Origin: Octopus sinensis
Taxonomy: Eukaryota
Assembly (NCBI RefSeq): GCF_006345805.1
Contig: NC_043002.1
Span: forward strand, 61,690,001-61,754,000
Reading direction: 5' to 3'
DNA: 64,000 nt
Shown: one piece after another, positions 50,678-63,667 of the stretch
How the letters are laid out: every line of letters begins with the position of its first letter
How positions within the stretch are numbered: the stretch's first letter is position 1
Position numbers and translations under genes: made by a program
Notes under the pieces: generated by a model
What the model was told of the DNA's origin: nothing
The model's database searches: none
The model's input: the letters and a program-made list of their open reading frames with translations, nothing else

Positions 50678-51988
50678 GTAATCTTGACAGAAAAATACGA
50701 AAACTGTTGACAATGCATAGAATGCACCACCCTAAGGCAGATATAGAACGACTTTATCTGCCAAGAAAAGAGGGAGTCTGTGGACTTTTACAACTGGCAC
50801 TAACAATGAAGATTGCTACAATTGGCCTAGACACCTACCTGAAAAACTCTGAGGACTTGTCTCAAAACCTGAACACAAGAAAGCATCATACTCAGTAACA
50901 AAACAGGCAAAGGAATATCTAAGTGAATTCCGAATACTACAATTTTCGGAATTAGACATACAAGAAACAAGCACAGAAAAAGCTAAACGCATGAAAACCC
51001 GTGCTAAAACTGCTGCCTTAGATATTCTGAATGATAAATGGCAAGAAAAACCTCTCTATAGCAAATACCCAAAGAGAGCGAATAATGCAGATGTTGACAA
51101 AGCCCTGATCCATCAATAGCTAATGGCCTCTTGCTTAAAATATGAAACAGAAGGGTTTATCATAGCAGCCCAAGATCAACAAGGAACTACCAGGCTAACA
51201 TATTAAAGAACGGCAGTAGACCAACATGTCGTGTATGTCAACAATAAAATGAAACCATTGATCATGTGGTCTCCAAGTGCAGTCTTCTAGCGCCTACAGA
51301 GTATCTCAACATGCATGATAGAGCTGCACAATATATTCACTGGGTAATCTGCAAAAACCTGGATTTTCCCCATGAAAAAAACTGGTGGGAACACAAAACA
51401 CCTCCAGTGCATGAAAATGACCACATCTCACTCCTCTGGAACTTCCCCATTCAAACTGACAGAAAGATAGATGCAAATAGGCCAGACATCATATTGAAAG
51501 ACTTCAAACAAAGAACATGCCTCCTCATAGATATGACTGTCCCAATCGATATAAACGTATCTGTCAAGACCTACCAAAAACTGAACAAATATAAAGATCT
51601 TAAAATAGAAATCAGCAAAATGTGGAAGCTGAAGACTAAAACAATACCTGTTGTCATAGGTGCCCTGGGAATGATAGCAAAAGGGGTTGATCGCTACCTA
51701 ACTCAGATACCAGGAAACCCCAAAATGGCAGAAATTCAAAAGATAGTGCTCATGGGAACCGCTCATATCCTACGCAGAATACTTTCCATGTAATCTCAAG
51801 TTTTAAATCAAACATAATTTTCGTTTTTGTTTTTGACATCCACTAGTACAACACTAAATACAAAACCAAATGTATGGCACACTAGGCATATCAACAACAT
51901 GAACTTCCAACCTGTTGTCTCTTGAGGTCTCTGGGTGAGACTTGGAGCCAACTTGTACAAATATAAAGCAAAAGTCAAACATGGAATA
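50678..51988 (+). mobile_element. Best-preserved R4/Dong 3' half (end of RT, CCHC, RLE) inserted in (TAA)n
   Basis: MHHPKADIERLYLPRKEG, ETEGFIIAAQDQ, CRVCQQ..ETIDHVVSKC, HDRAAQYIHW, NRPDII..IDMTVP..KYKDL, PVVIGALG; TAA arrays on both sides. Confidence 0.92.
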
Positions 51989-52045
51989 GTAATAATAATA
52001 ATAATAATGATAATAATAACAATAATAACAACAACAACAACGACG

Positions 52046-52144
<99 letters not shown>

Positions 52145-52192
52145 TTAATAATAATAATAATAATAACAATAATAATAATAATAATAATAAAT

Positions 52193-52720
52193 GACCTGAT
52201 GCAGTACTAGACAGTGGCTCTCATGGCTTCTGATCTTAACTGATTGGAAGTGTTATCATGCACATTGTTTCGTCTTGGTATAAAAGATGGGCTACAGTAA
52301 ATATTCTGCTCAATACCATAGATTTGCTTGTCAGTTGTTTTACCTTAACCAGTTGAGCATGTCCCTTAGTGGCTGACGATATGTGTATCTCTGATCACAA
52401 GCAGAAGTAGTGGGGGAGCATCATAGCCATGTGTTGAGAGGGATTCTTTGGGTTTGAATAATTCACCTCTGGAAACATGGGTGTTTCGTTCAGCATCCTT
52501 AAACAACTCTTATTTAGGTACCTTCTCAGTAGGATGGGCTGCTCGACCAGAATAAAATTCTGAATGGGCCCCACCTGCAAGGTCGTGTGCTGTTTCTCTT
52601 GATATGAGATCAGCATGTCGCGCACATATGGTTGTGATGCATGTGCCTAGTGTACCCTTATCAGACGGGTAGTCATGATGGGTATACTGTGCTTTGATGG
52701 CATGCACTGCTCTCTCACTC
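52193..52720 (+). mobile_element. Non-coding interspersed element of about 530 bp embedded in (TAA)n
   Basis: Second copy inverted at 62440-62995; TAA on both flanks; no coding similarity recognised. Confidence 0.75.
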
Positions 52721-52752
<32 letters not shown>

Positions 52753-52781
52753 TGATGATGATGATGATGGCAATAATAATG

Positions 52782-52815
<34 letters not shown>

Positions 52816-52844
52816 TGATGATGATGATGATGGCAATAATAATG

Positions 52845-52902
<58 letters not shown>

Positions 52903-52911
52903 CAACAACAA

Positions 52912-53543
52912 TAGGGTTAATATCAGTGGAAAACTGCGTGGAGTTATCTAAGGAAACCAAAACACCAAACGAACTTAAAAATCAGATAAAGTACAGAAAT
53001 TATCGGACTGGTAGGAGAAGGTGTTGCATCTTATATTCCTAAAGAGAGTTTCAACAAATAGTAGTAGTGAGACCTGGTTATGGGTGCAGAATGGAAAGCT
53101 GAAGAGGGAGACAGAAAGTTTTTTAGTAGCTGCACAAGGTCAAGTATTAAGGAATAACTTGATGAAAGCTAAAATAGACAGAAACAAAGTAGATTCCCAA
53201 TATAGATTATTCAAAACAAAGTGTTACTCATATATGAAGCAAATGTAGGGTACTGGTACAGAAAGAATACGAGAAAAGACATGAGAATCTAAGGGGAGCA
53301 ATTCACTGGAAGCTTTGTAAAATGCTAGGATTTGAACATACTGATAATTGGTAGGAACATGAACCTTGTAAATACTAGAAAGTAAGAAATATACGATGTT
53401 GTGTGAATTTAACAGTCATTTCCACTGAGAGGGTAATAGAAGTTAGAAGTCCTGATTTAGTAGTAGTAGATGAAGAGAATAGAAATTGCCAGATAATTGG
53501 CTTTATCGAATTACAGAGACTATGGAGAATGCGGGTAAAATGT
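52912..53543 (+). mobile_element. R4/Dong fragment (another subfamily) between TAA arrays
   Basis: GLISVENCV, SETWLWVQNGKLKRETESFLVAAQ, RSPDLVVVDEENRNCQII. Confidence 0.8.
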
Positions 53544-53544
53544 A

Positions 53545-53546
53545 AC

Positions 53547-53589
<43 letters not shown>

Positions 53590-53755
53590 CATTCTACAAT
53601 AGGCAAAAGGCCTGAATTTTGGGGTAGGGGAGCAGTCGTTTTCATAACTGGAAACCTTAGAAGAAGAAAGGGAAGCAGCAGCAGAAGAAGAAATAGTAGT
53701 AGTAGTGGTAGTAGTAGTAGTAGTTGTTGTAGTAGTAGCAGTTGTTGTTGTTGTT

Positions 53756-53811
<56 letters not shown>

Positions 53812-53920
53812 TGTAGTAGTAGTACTAGAAGAAGAAGAAGAAGTAGAAGAAGAAGAAGAAGAGAAGAAGAAGAAGAAGAAGAAGAAGAAGAAGAAGAAGA
53901 AGAAGAAGAAGAAGAAGGAA
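53545..53920. repeat. (TAA)n, (GTA/GTT)n and (GAA)n arrays
   Basis: Direct reading. Confidence 0.95.
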
Positions 53921-54769
53921 ACGAATATCATTATAAAATGTAATGCAATACTAAAATTAACAATATATGCTGTATAAATGTATACACATGTCTACAAATA
54001 TGATACAGATAGTTATATACACGAACATATCTTACAGACACATTACTGTGTTTTGTTTATTATTGTCGTCATTACAATAAGATAGTACAGGGAAAAGTCT
54101 CCACAGCCTCGTAAAATATTAGCATTTAAAACTTATATTGTGTACGTACGTGCTTGCATGAGTGTATGTCTTTAATTGTCTTCGTGCGTGCATGCGTATG
54201 CCATAGAAGCAAAATACATTACTCGCTGTTGAAAGCTTATGTACTGATGTTAGGCTGTCAATTTTCAAGAATTTATTGTAAATTGGACACAATATACATA
54301 TAAAATACTTAACATACAAAATGTACGTCTGCATATATTCGAAATGTTTCTTTTATTGTTACCTGACGTATTCTTCTGTTTTTCAATGATATATTAATAT
54401 AGGTTATATTAGCATAAGAATGTACTTTAATAATGCGTCGTGTAAGCCATATATGTTATTTTCTATTTAGGTCATGGAATATTTATACTGAGAGCAGTAA
54501 TATTGAATTTAAAAGAAATCTTATATGCGTTTAAATATATTTTGAACTGTGGTAAGTATCATGCCCCACAAAAAAGATGCTTGTAACTTGGAATGTGTAA
54601 CACCCATTTCTATTATGATATATTACTGCATGAAAATTAAAATTTTTGACATTTGCAATTTATATTTATTTCGAATAAAACATCAGTTAATTAGTATTTA
54701 ACTCCATAGCAACACACACACATACACACGCACACACATTCCAAAACACACACGTTATGTGTGTGTGTG

Positions 54770-55010
54770 AAGGTCCATGGCTCAGTGGTTAGAACGTCGG
54801 GGTCACAATCCTTGACTGGGCTGTTTGTTGTGTCCTTGAACCAGACACTTTATATCGCGTGTCGGCTCCAGTTCATTCAGCTGTAGAAAAGATTTGAAAC
54901 GCCACTCGTGTCTCAAATGGCCTTTACCTTACCCCATGGATAATATCAGTGACATTGAGAGGGGAGCCTGGTATGCATGGGCGAATACAGGTCTTCCAAA
55001 AACAGCCTTG
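54770..55010 (+). mobile_element. tRNA-headed SINE (H2 + T3)
   Basis: GAAGGTCCATGGCTCAGTGGTTAGAACG head; centre and tail match 12130-12455. Confidence 0.75.
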
Positions 55011-55600
55011 TCATCCTTTATCATTTATATAAATTCACGTTTTTTTTTTATACGTTGTAGTAGATGCGTACATCAATCTTATAACCAATGTATTATGTCT
55101 TTGTAGAGCAAGTGCTTTTAGACAAATGAATGTTCGTAAGACACTTTATCAATCAAGGATAGGATACTTAGAGAGACAAAAGTATTGACCTTTTTGTGTG
55201 ATATTCAGTTTAATTTACACGTGACCAATGAATCTAACAGGATTGGCATGTGATTTCTTTGTATTGTTGATTTGTCCTGAATATAGTAGACCAAGGTTTT
55301 ACCATTTAAATTACCGACTACTGTTAACCCTATAGAAAAGCCTATACATAGTGAGGTAATACACTAATAGTGCCTGCGTATATATTTATCCCTGAGACTG
55401 TTGCATAACCTCTACGTCATAATTTACAAACATATATATACATTTATATATACATACGTATATACACACATGCTCACATATTCGGATATATACGCGAGAA
55501 CAACGAACACCAGTAGAAATTGGAAAAAATACTGGATGTCATATGATAAACGAACGGAACTTCGTATCTGAAATTGATCTTTTTACTACTCCAATTATTA

Positions 55601-55834
55601 CACGTTTATTTGATTAATGAAAACGTTAAATCCTTGTGAAGAAACCGTTTTCGGCAGATGAATTAATGAACATTTACAGTGATTCTGCTAGCAGTATAAC
55701 TGCAAATGTTTTTGCTCTATGGGTTTTAACTTTGTTAAATCATTTCGAATGTCCATTTCTTGAAGTTTATGAATTCATTTGACAAAACGGTTTCTTTACA
55801 ATGATGTAATGTTTTCCTTAATCAATTAAAGGTG
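55601..55834. repeat. Small inverted-repeat (MITE-like) element, about 70-bp arms
   Basis: CACGTTTATTTGATTAATGAAAACG...GAAACCGTTTT versus the reverse complement of AAAACGGTTTC...TTAATCAATTAAAGGTG. Confidence 0.7.
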
Positions 55835-56796
55835 TTGCTTGTTCGTATTCATTTGTTCCTGTTCTTAACCATTTCACCTCTTCTAAATATTTTTTTATAT
55901 ATGTTTACGCATGGATCCGCATAGGTGGGCCATAGTACCGATATACTGTAGACATACTAAAGTGACTCCAGCTTAATATTCACAAAAAAACTCTTCCCTT
56001 GAAGACAGCATCCATCTAAATTAAATCCCCGCTCCTCCCTAGCGTTCTCATTTTCTTTATTCTTAACAACTTTGGGCAAATTCCCGATTCCTCAATATTT
56101 CATCTCTTCCGTTACTTTTCTTACTGACCATCTTATTTCTTTCAACACTTGTCTTTGCTCATGATTTTTTTTTGTACTTATCTACTCTCCTCCTCCGGCT
56201 TCGCCACTCATTTAAACTTCTATTTTTGCGAGTTAACTTGGGATTCTTTAAGAACAATTTAACCGTCATATAAATACGGCAATTTCGGCCTCATAAATAG
56301 CTAACCGGGTACTCAAAGTTGCGTTATTATTACATCAGAGGATCAGCTTGCTAGGAAACAATATATTGCTTGAAATAAACCTGCTCCCTACTCCCTAAAT
56401 TTCGATTTTTACACACATACTTAGTTGCAATCAAGTTGCTAACAGTGAGCTATGAAAACAGTATTTGCAACATATCGAACTTCGACATGGGAAAAGTTTA
56501 CAACCCTCACCAATTATTATTGCTCCTGAAGTTTGTTTTTTTTCTATCTAAAACGGACGTCCAGAAACTTACAAATTTCCTGCATTTAAGCCCTTGATTC
56601 TTATCCTTCGCATATATTTGGCGATTTTTCTTTATTTCTTCTTCTTTATCTTTGGACGTTTCTCATTCCGACGAAGAGCTGTTAACAAATCTCCTTTCAC
56701 CGAGAGTCAAATAAATATGTCTCTGGTACACGTTTTCACGTTCGTTTTTTTTTACTCTTTTCTTTTGTTTTTTAATTGTTTCGCCTTTAAATTGAC

Positions 56797-56830
<34 letters not shown>

Positions 56831-56831
56831 C

Positions 56832-56878
<47 letters not shown>

Positions 56879-56879
<1 letters not shown>

Positions 56880-57118
56880 TAGCATTAAAGACCGTCGTTG
56901 CCGGGTCATAGTGCTAGTGCATGTATATATGTGTATATATATGTGTACATATTACATGTATATCTATAGATATACATCTACACATAAAATACAAAATACA
57001 AAGTTATATCTTGATATCGCTAGTGATAACAATACTCAAAATATATAACAGACAGGAATTGTTAGCCCGTCTCTGGTAATTTCGATCAATTGTATCTTGT
57101 CCTCCCTCTTGTATAGAT
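56879..57118 (-). mobile_element. Helitron 3'-end fragment, same family as 29956
   Basis: CTAG at 56879-56882, hairpin, and about 240 bp matching 29956-30185; inserted in (TA)n. Confidence 0.8.
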
Positions 57119-58837
57119 ATTAAGTAGCAAATAAAATAATTTGCAAGGCGAAGTTCTCATCAGCGAGTACGCCAAACATTAACTGTGGTTTCGACTTTTG
57201 AATGTTCCTTCCAGCATGTAAGGCGATTTGTTAAGGATCACCTCTTTTTCTGTTTAAATGTACACTAATTTTAAGCACATACACACATATGTATATATAT
57301 GTGTGTATATATATATATGTATATGTATGTATGTATATATATGTATATATATAAATATATATACACGCACACATTATTTGATGTGTATTTAAACATGTAT
57401 GCATTTGTATATGTGTGTGTGTGTGCGTGCATGTGTGTGTATGAAGGTACATCTATATATATATGAACAGCACAGTTTATATTACGAAAGCGAATACTAC
57501 CAACTTATGTCGGTGAAAATAATTAAGAAGGTATATATATATTGTTTCATTGTGGCTGGCATAAGTTTTAAAAAAACATGTAGCAATAGCAGAGGAAACA
57601 TCAATTAGACAACAGGAACAACAAGAGAATTATTGAATTACAACCTCTTACACAATTTTACTGTAATATGGGTATAAAATTGGCGGATCATTATAAGCTG
57701 TGACAGAATCATTCAACTGGTATCGTTTCGTTAACTGTGAGGTATGTTATATATAAGATATTCTCAAAGAGGGAATTATTTGCTGGAATCATGTAGTATA
57801 CTATGAACCTGAAAAAAAACCTCAGTGTGAAGTTGACCAGAGTCCAATGACTCAAATTAGCAAAAGATAAAATCTAAAAGCAAAACATATGCTGCATAGA
57901 CCTCGTAGAAACTAATGTATTTTAAAAATTATGTTACACAATATGTCGACAGAATTCAAGCCTCCAATTCATCTGTTGTTTATCAGATACCATCGAACCA
58001 GCTGCTCTTATGTCAGTTCACAACACAATATTATAATAATAAGCAACTTGAAAACATTGACGCTCATATACTTAACGACCATCTGTTTTCTCCGTAATAT
58101 GCCGGCCTTTGTATGTAGGATTTGTCTGGTTTACATTATTGGGGTTGGTTTTCATTAGTTTTGGTTTTTAGCTATTTATTTTATTTTACCTTAATTCCAC
58201 TCTGTAGCATTATGTAAGCTAACGACATCTACAAAATATCTTCTAGAATATTTATTATCTGGAACTCGTCAATATGTCGGGCAAAATTCTATCTGAGATT
58301 CTTAAGTACATGAAATGTTGATAGCAGTGATAAACAAAGAACAAAAAAGAAAAACAATCAGAAAATTTTTCAAAACACATAACAAAAAAAAAAAAAAGAA
58401 ACACGAAAGGAAAACAAATTCTGCAAAAATGCAGTAGTAGCAATAAAATAATAATAAATGATGTAGAATGGAAAGAACAAAGCAATAAATAGAAAACCTA
58501 CTTAACAGAAATAGCTGTGTGTCTCTTATTGTCGATAAAAGGTGTCATTTAAAATATTCTATTAAATGCGTCGAGAGAAGGAAAAAATTAAATCAACACG
58601 ATTACATGCAAACAATGAAATAATGAAACGTCCAACAAAGCAAGGCATTTTAAAAGAAAACAAAAGGCAAATGAAACAAACAAACAAATTTACATGATAC
58701 ATTTTGGATTGAATTGATGTAATCTACGTTGTTGAATTCTTTAAACAAACTTTACTATTACTTTCAGTGTTTGCTGAACACAAGAAAGCTTTTATTTATT
58801 CTAAGAACCATCAACAACCAATAGAAAACTCTCTCTT

Positions 58838-58888
<51 letters not shown>

Positions 58889-58906
58889 CACACACAGACA
58901 GACACA

Positions 58907-58942
<36 letters not shown>

Positions 58943-59342
58943 TATACATCAGTAACAAATAACATGTATTGAGAAATTGAATTCTGTTCGTAAAAATTTA
59001 TTGTAGAAAAATCTGTTTGGTATTAGTCCGGCACATTGGGACGAATAGCTGAGAACAGGAGTTCATCTCACTGAATTATATAGTTTTAAAACACTTAATG
59101 TAGCATGGTGACCAGTTACTGCAAGGGAGATAATCATTTGTAAATAAATATAGGTGGGATAAAAAGTTTGAATTTTACATCGAAAACCAAGAAAGATACA
59201 TAGACTATACATATTTATTTATTATTGTGCTCACTCTATACTAAGATTTTAAAACTTCTTGATATAGGTAATCATACATAGTGAGATTATATACTAGAAA
59301 TCTGTACATTTTTTGAAATTATACACACACACACGTGTATGT

Positions 59343-59343
59343 A

Positions 59344-59400
<57 letters not shown>

Positions 59401-59436
59401 GTCTGTCAGTATATCTAACTTACTTTCTCTTTCTCC

Positions 59437-59517
<81 letters not shown>

Positions 59518-59520
59518 CAT
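59343..59520. repeat. (ATCT)n microsatellite
   Basis: Direct reading. Confidence 0.95.
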
Positions 59521-59829
59521 CTGTCTTGTTCAACTTGTTTCATGAAGTACAGTACCAAAATACCGTAATTTGTTGATGTTATTAACCAGCAGCTTTCACT
59601 TCATAAATTTGGCATGGAATCAAACTATATAATTATCAGAACTAGAATGCCTATGATTACCTTCGTTCACTGAAGGGAGGCTGTAAACTTAATCTCCGTC
59701 TCCACTCTCAATTGTCCAGCTCAAACAGTTAAGAGAAGTACCAGTGAGAAGTCGCACTCATCTGCTTGAAATCAAGTCGCACACCCGCATCTGATACTTC
59801 ATGTTTATTATTCTTTTTTACTCTAGGCA

Positions 59830-61146
59830 CAAAACCCGAAATTTGGGGGTCAGTCGATTAAATCGACCCCAGTTCGCAACTGTTACTTAATTTATCGACC
59901 CCAAAAAGGTGAATGGAAAAGTCGACCTCGGCGGAATTTGAACTCAGAACATAAAGGCAGATGAAATACCGCTAAGCATTTTGATCGGCGTGCTAACGGC
60001 GTACTGCCAACAGGGGCTAAACATAGAGGGGATAAGCAAGGGTAGACAAAGAGATTAAGTAGATTACATCGACCCCAGTACTCAACTTCTACTTAATTTA
60101 TCGACCCCGAAAAGATGAAAGGCATAGTCGAATTCGGAACATAATGGCAGATGAAATACCTATTTGTATTTCTTTACAACCCACAAGGCGCTAAACACAG
60201 AGAGGACAAACAAGGACAGGCAAACGGATTAAGTCGATTATATCGACCCCATTGCGTAACTGGTACTTATTTAATCGACCCCGAAAGGATGAAAGGCAAA
60301 TTCGGCCTCGCTGGAATTTTGAACTCAGAAGTTAGCGGCAGACGAAGTACCTATTTCTTTACTACCCACAAGGGGCTAAAACAGAGAGGACAAACAAGGA
60401 CAGGCAAACGGATTAAGTCGATTACATCGACCCCAGTGCGTAACTGGTACTTATTTATCGACCCCAAAAAGGTGAATGGAAAAGTCGACCTCGGCGGAAT
60501 TTGAACTCAGAACATAAAGGCAGATGAAATACCGCTAAGCATTTTGATCGGCGTGCTAACGGCGTACTGCCAACAGGGGCTAAACATAGAGGGGATAAGC
60601 AAGGGTAGACAAAGAGATTAAGTAGATTACATCGACCCCAGTACTCAACTTCTACTTAATTTATCGACCCCGAAAAGATGAAAGGCATAGTCGAATTCGG
60701 AACATAATGGCAGATGAAATACCTATTTGTATTTCTTTACAACCCACAAGGCGCTAAACACAGAGAGGACAAACAAGGACAGGCAAACGGATTAAGTCGA
60801 TTATATCGACCCCATTGCGTAACTGGTACTTATTTAATCGACCCCGAAAGGATGAAAGGCAAATTCGGCCTCGCTGGAATTTTGAACTCAGAAGTTAGCG
60901 GCAGACGAAGTACCTATTTCTTTACTACCCACAAGGGGCTAAACACAGAGAGGACAAACAAGGACAGGCAAACGGATTAAGTCGATTACATCGACCCCAG
61001 TGCGTAACTGGTACTTAATTTATCGACCCCAAAAAGATGAAAGGCAAAGTCGACCTCGGCAGAATTTGAACTCAGAACGTAATGGAGACGAAATACGGCT
61101 ACGCATTTCGCCCGGCGTGCTAACGTTTCTGCCAGTTCGCCGCCTT
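59830..61146 (-). repeat. SINE-B-derived tandem array: about 190-bp monomers in a 563-bp higher-order duplication, with an intact head at the right end
   Basis: GGTGAATGG at 59908 and 60471 (offset 563); intact head AAGGCGGCGAACTGGCAGAAACG on - at 61146. Confidence 0.88.
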
Positions 61147-61459
61147 ATTTCATGCTTCTTATTGCCACTTCTCGGTTACAATCTAGGTCATCCTCTATAT
61201 TACTCTGATTAAATTCTTACTGGATGAACCAATGACTGTTGTCCATGACCAAATTTTGCGCGCTCAGGATATCCATTCGGATCCTGTCAGCTAGTTTGCG
61301 AGTCTTTTTTCAACCATTCTTTTTTCACCTAGACCCACACAATTCAGATGTGCATCAAAGATGGCGTTCCAATGTAACACTTCAAACGGTTCAAGAAAGT
61401 TGGCTGCTTCTTACCAGTCGAGGCATACACAGTGACTACATTGAATGCATACACGCTGG

Positions 61460-61577
<118 letters not shown>

Positions 61578-61654
61578 TAAAAATAATAATCATAATAATA
61601 ATACCACCATCACCACCAACACGACCATCATCACCACGACCACCATTATAATTA

Positions 61655-62012
61655 TAATTACAAGTCAGACAGTCTTAATTGAGAAAGAATGCAAACGATA
61701 CTGGAGCATGGATATAGCATGTCCAGCTGACAACAAAGTATGCGATAAGGAAGAAAGAAAAGTCGAGAGATATGACAGGTTAGCTTTGGAAGTTAAGCAG
61801 TTGTGTTCGATTAAAATAAGTGTCGTAGCAATACATGTCGGGGAATAAATAGGGGCTGCAATAAGGGCGGAGGACTTGCAGAAAACCACAGTTCTTGGAA
61901 CCGCTCGAATACTCCGGAAGGTGCTCGAAAAATAAGAGGTGTTACCTTAGTTCACTGGTAGAGAACAGCTGAAATTGTAGTACATCTCCAGCGTTAGAAA
62001 CTAAGCAAAGGC
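61655..62012 (+). mobile_element. R4/Dong 3' fragment between TAA arrays
   Basis: MDIACPADNKVCDKEERKVERYDRLA; the 3' UTR matches the 46.1-kb and 49.6-kb copies. Confidence 0.85.
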
Positions 62013-62013
62013 A

Positions 62014-62077
<64 letters not shown>

Positions 62078-62109
62078 TATCATTATTATTATTATTATAA
62101 TCCTTTGAA

Positions 62110-62300
62110 CTATAGGCACAAGGCCTGAAATTAGAAGAGGGGACTAGCTGATGACATCGATGACAATATTTAAATTTTCGACCCCGAAAGATGAAAGGCA
62201 AATATGTCCTCGGCGCAATTTCATTTCAGAACCTCAAGGCGAATGAAACACCGCTAAGCATTTTGCCCGGCGTGCTAATGATTCTGTCAGATCACCGTCT
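62110..62300 (-). mobile_element. SINE family B
   Basis: Family B head and tail. Confidence 0.7.
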
Positions 62301-62439
62301 TAACAACAATAATGTTTATAACAAACTTATGCTGCAAAATATCCTATAATAAATATTTAGGTCAAATCAGTGTCAACCGACATTGAGTGGAGTTACATTG
62401 ACCTATGTCGCTTTGTATTACTCCAAGTGTCTTTCGACA

Positions 62440-62995
62440 CTGAATGAGAGAGCTGTGCATGCCATCCAAGTGACACTGGAGAAAAATATACGAAACACAG
62501 TATATCCATCTTTACTACCTGTCTTATAAGGGTACACCAGCCACGTGCATTACAAACACATGTGCGTGGTATTAACTTGCAAGTGGGGCCCAGTTAGAAT
62601 TTTTTTCAGGTGGAACAGCCTATTTCGCTCAAAAGGTCTATGAATATAAGTTGCTTAAGAATATTAAACGAAACACCCATATTTTTTGAAAGGTGAATTA
62701 TCTAAACGCCAAAGAATTCCTCTCAACACATGGCTATGATGCTCCCCCACTATTTCTGCTCGTGATCAGAGATGCACATATCGTCAGCCACTAAGTGACA
62801 TGCCCAACTGGTTAAGGTCAATCAACTGACAAACAACTCTGTGGTATTGAGCAGAATATTTGCTGTAGCCCATCTTTTAAACCAAAACAATTTACATGAT
62901 AACACTTCAAATCAGTTAAGATCAGAAGCCATGAGAGCCACTGCCTGGCACTGCATCCGATCATTATGATACTTTTCCTTATACTTTTAATCATC
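62440..62995 (-). mobile_element. Second copy of the 530-bp non-coding element
   Basis: Reverse complement of 52193-52720, with indels. Confidence 0.75.
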
Positions 62996-63183
62996 ATCAT
63001 CATCATCATCATCTTCATCAATATTTTTCCTTCGTTTTTCAATTCAGTTTCCATTTCTTGCCGAGTTTCTTCCTGACACCTAGGGCAGAGAAACTCACTG
63101 TGTACACTATTTGGGCATTAAATAAACACACCAGATTGTTAATCGTATTATCATTATTAATAATAATAATATTATTATTATTC

Positions 63184-63603
63184 TATGTTTGATTTTTGCT
63201 TTATATTTGTACAAGTTGGCTACAAGTCTCACCCAGAGACCTCAAGAGACAACAGGTTGGAAGTTCATGTTGTTGTTATGCCTAGTGTGCCATATATTTG
63301 GGGGGGGGGGGAGAGTTTTTGGTGTTGTACTAATGAATGTCTAAAAAAAAAAATAATTTTTTTTTAAAAAACCGAAAATTATGTTTGTTTTAAACCTTGA
63401 GATTACATAGAAAGTATTTTGCGTAGGATATGAGCAGTTCCCATGAGCACTATCTTTTGAATTTCTGCCATTTTTGGGTTTCCTGGTATCTGAGTTAGGT
63501 AGCTATCAGCCCCTTTTGCTGTCATTCCCAGGGCACCTATGACAACAGGTATTGTTTTAGTCTTCAGGTTCCACATTTTGCTGATTTCTATTTCAAGATC
63601 TTT
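63184..63603 (-). mobile_element. R4/Dong 3' fragment, same subfamily as 50678-51988
   Basis: Reverse complement of about 51570-51985, including the 3' UTR; (TTA)n at 63606-63665. Confidence 0.85.
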
Positions 63604-63604
63604 A

Positions 63605-63667
<63 letters not shown>

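Noticed and set aside
56660-56700. CCGACGAAGAGC hammerhead remnant
   Set aside because: Family flanks are present but the 3' half of stem II and GAAAC are deleted; it cannot be functional.
57150-57170. CTGATGA hits at about 57160 (-), 62147 (+), 41350 (-) and CTGAAGA at 33174
   Set aside because: No stem II followed by GAAA and no stem I pairing.
59830-61146. Regularly spaced repeats resembling a CRISPR array
   Set aside because: Units are about 190 bp of SINE sequence with no unique spacers, no cas genes, and a eukaryotic context.
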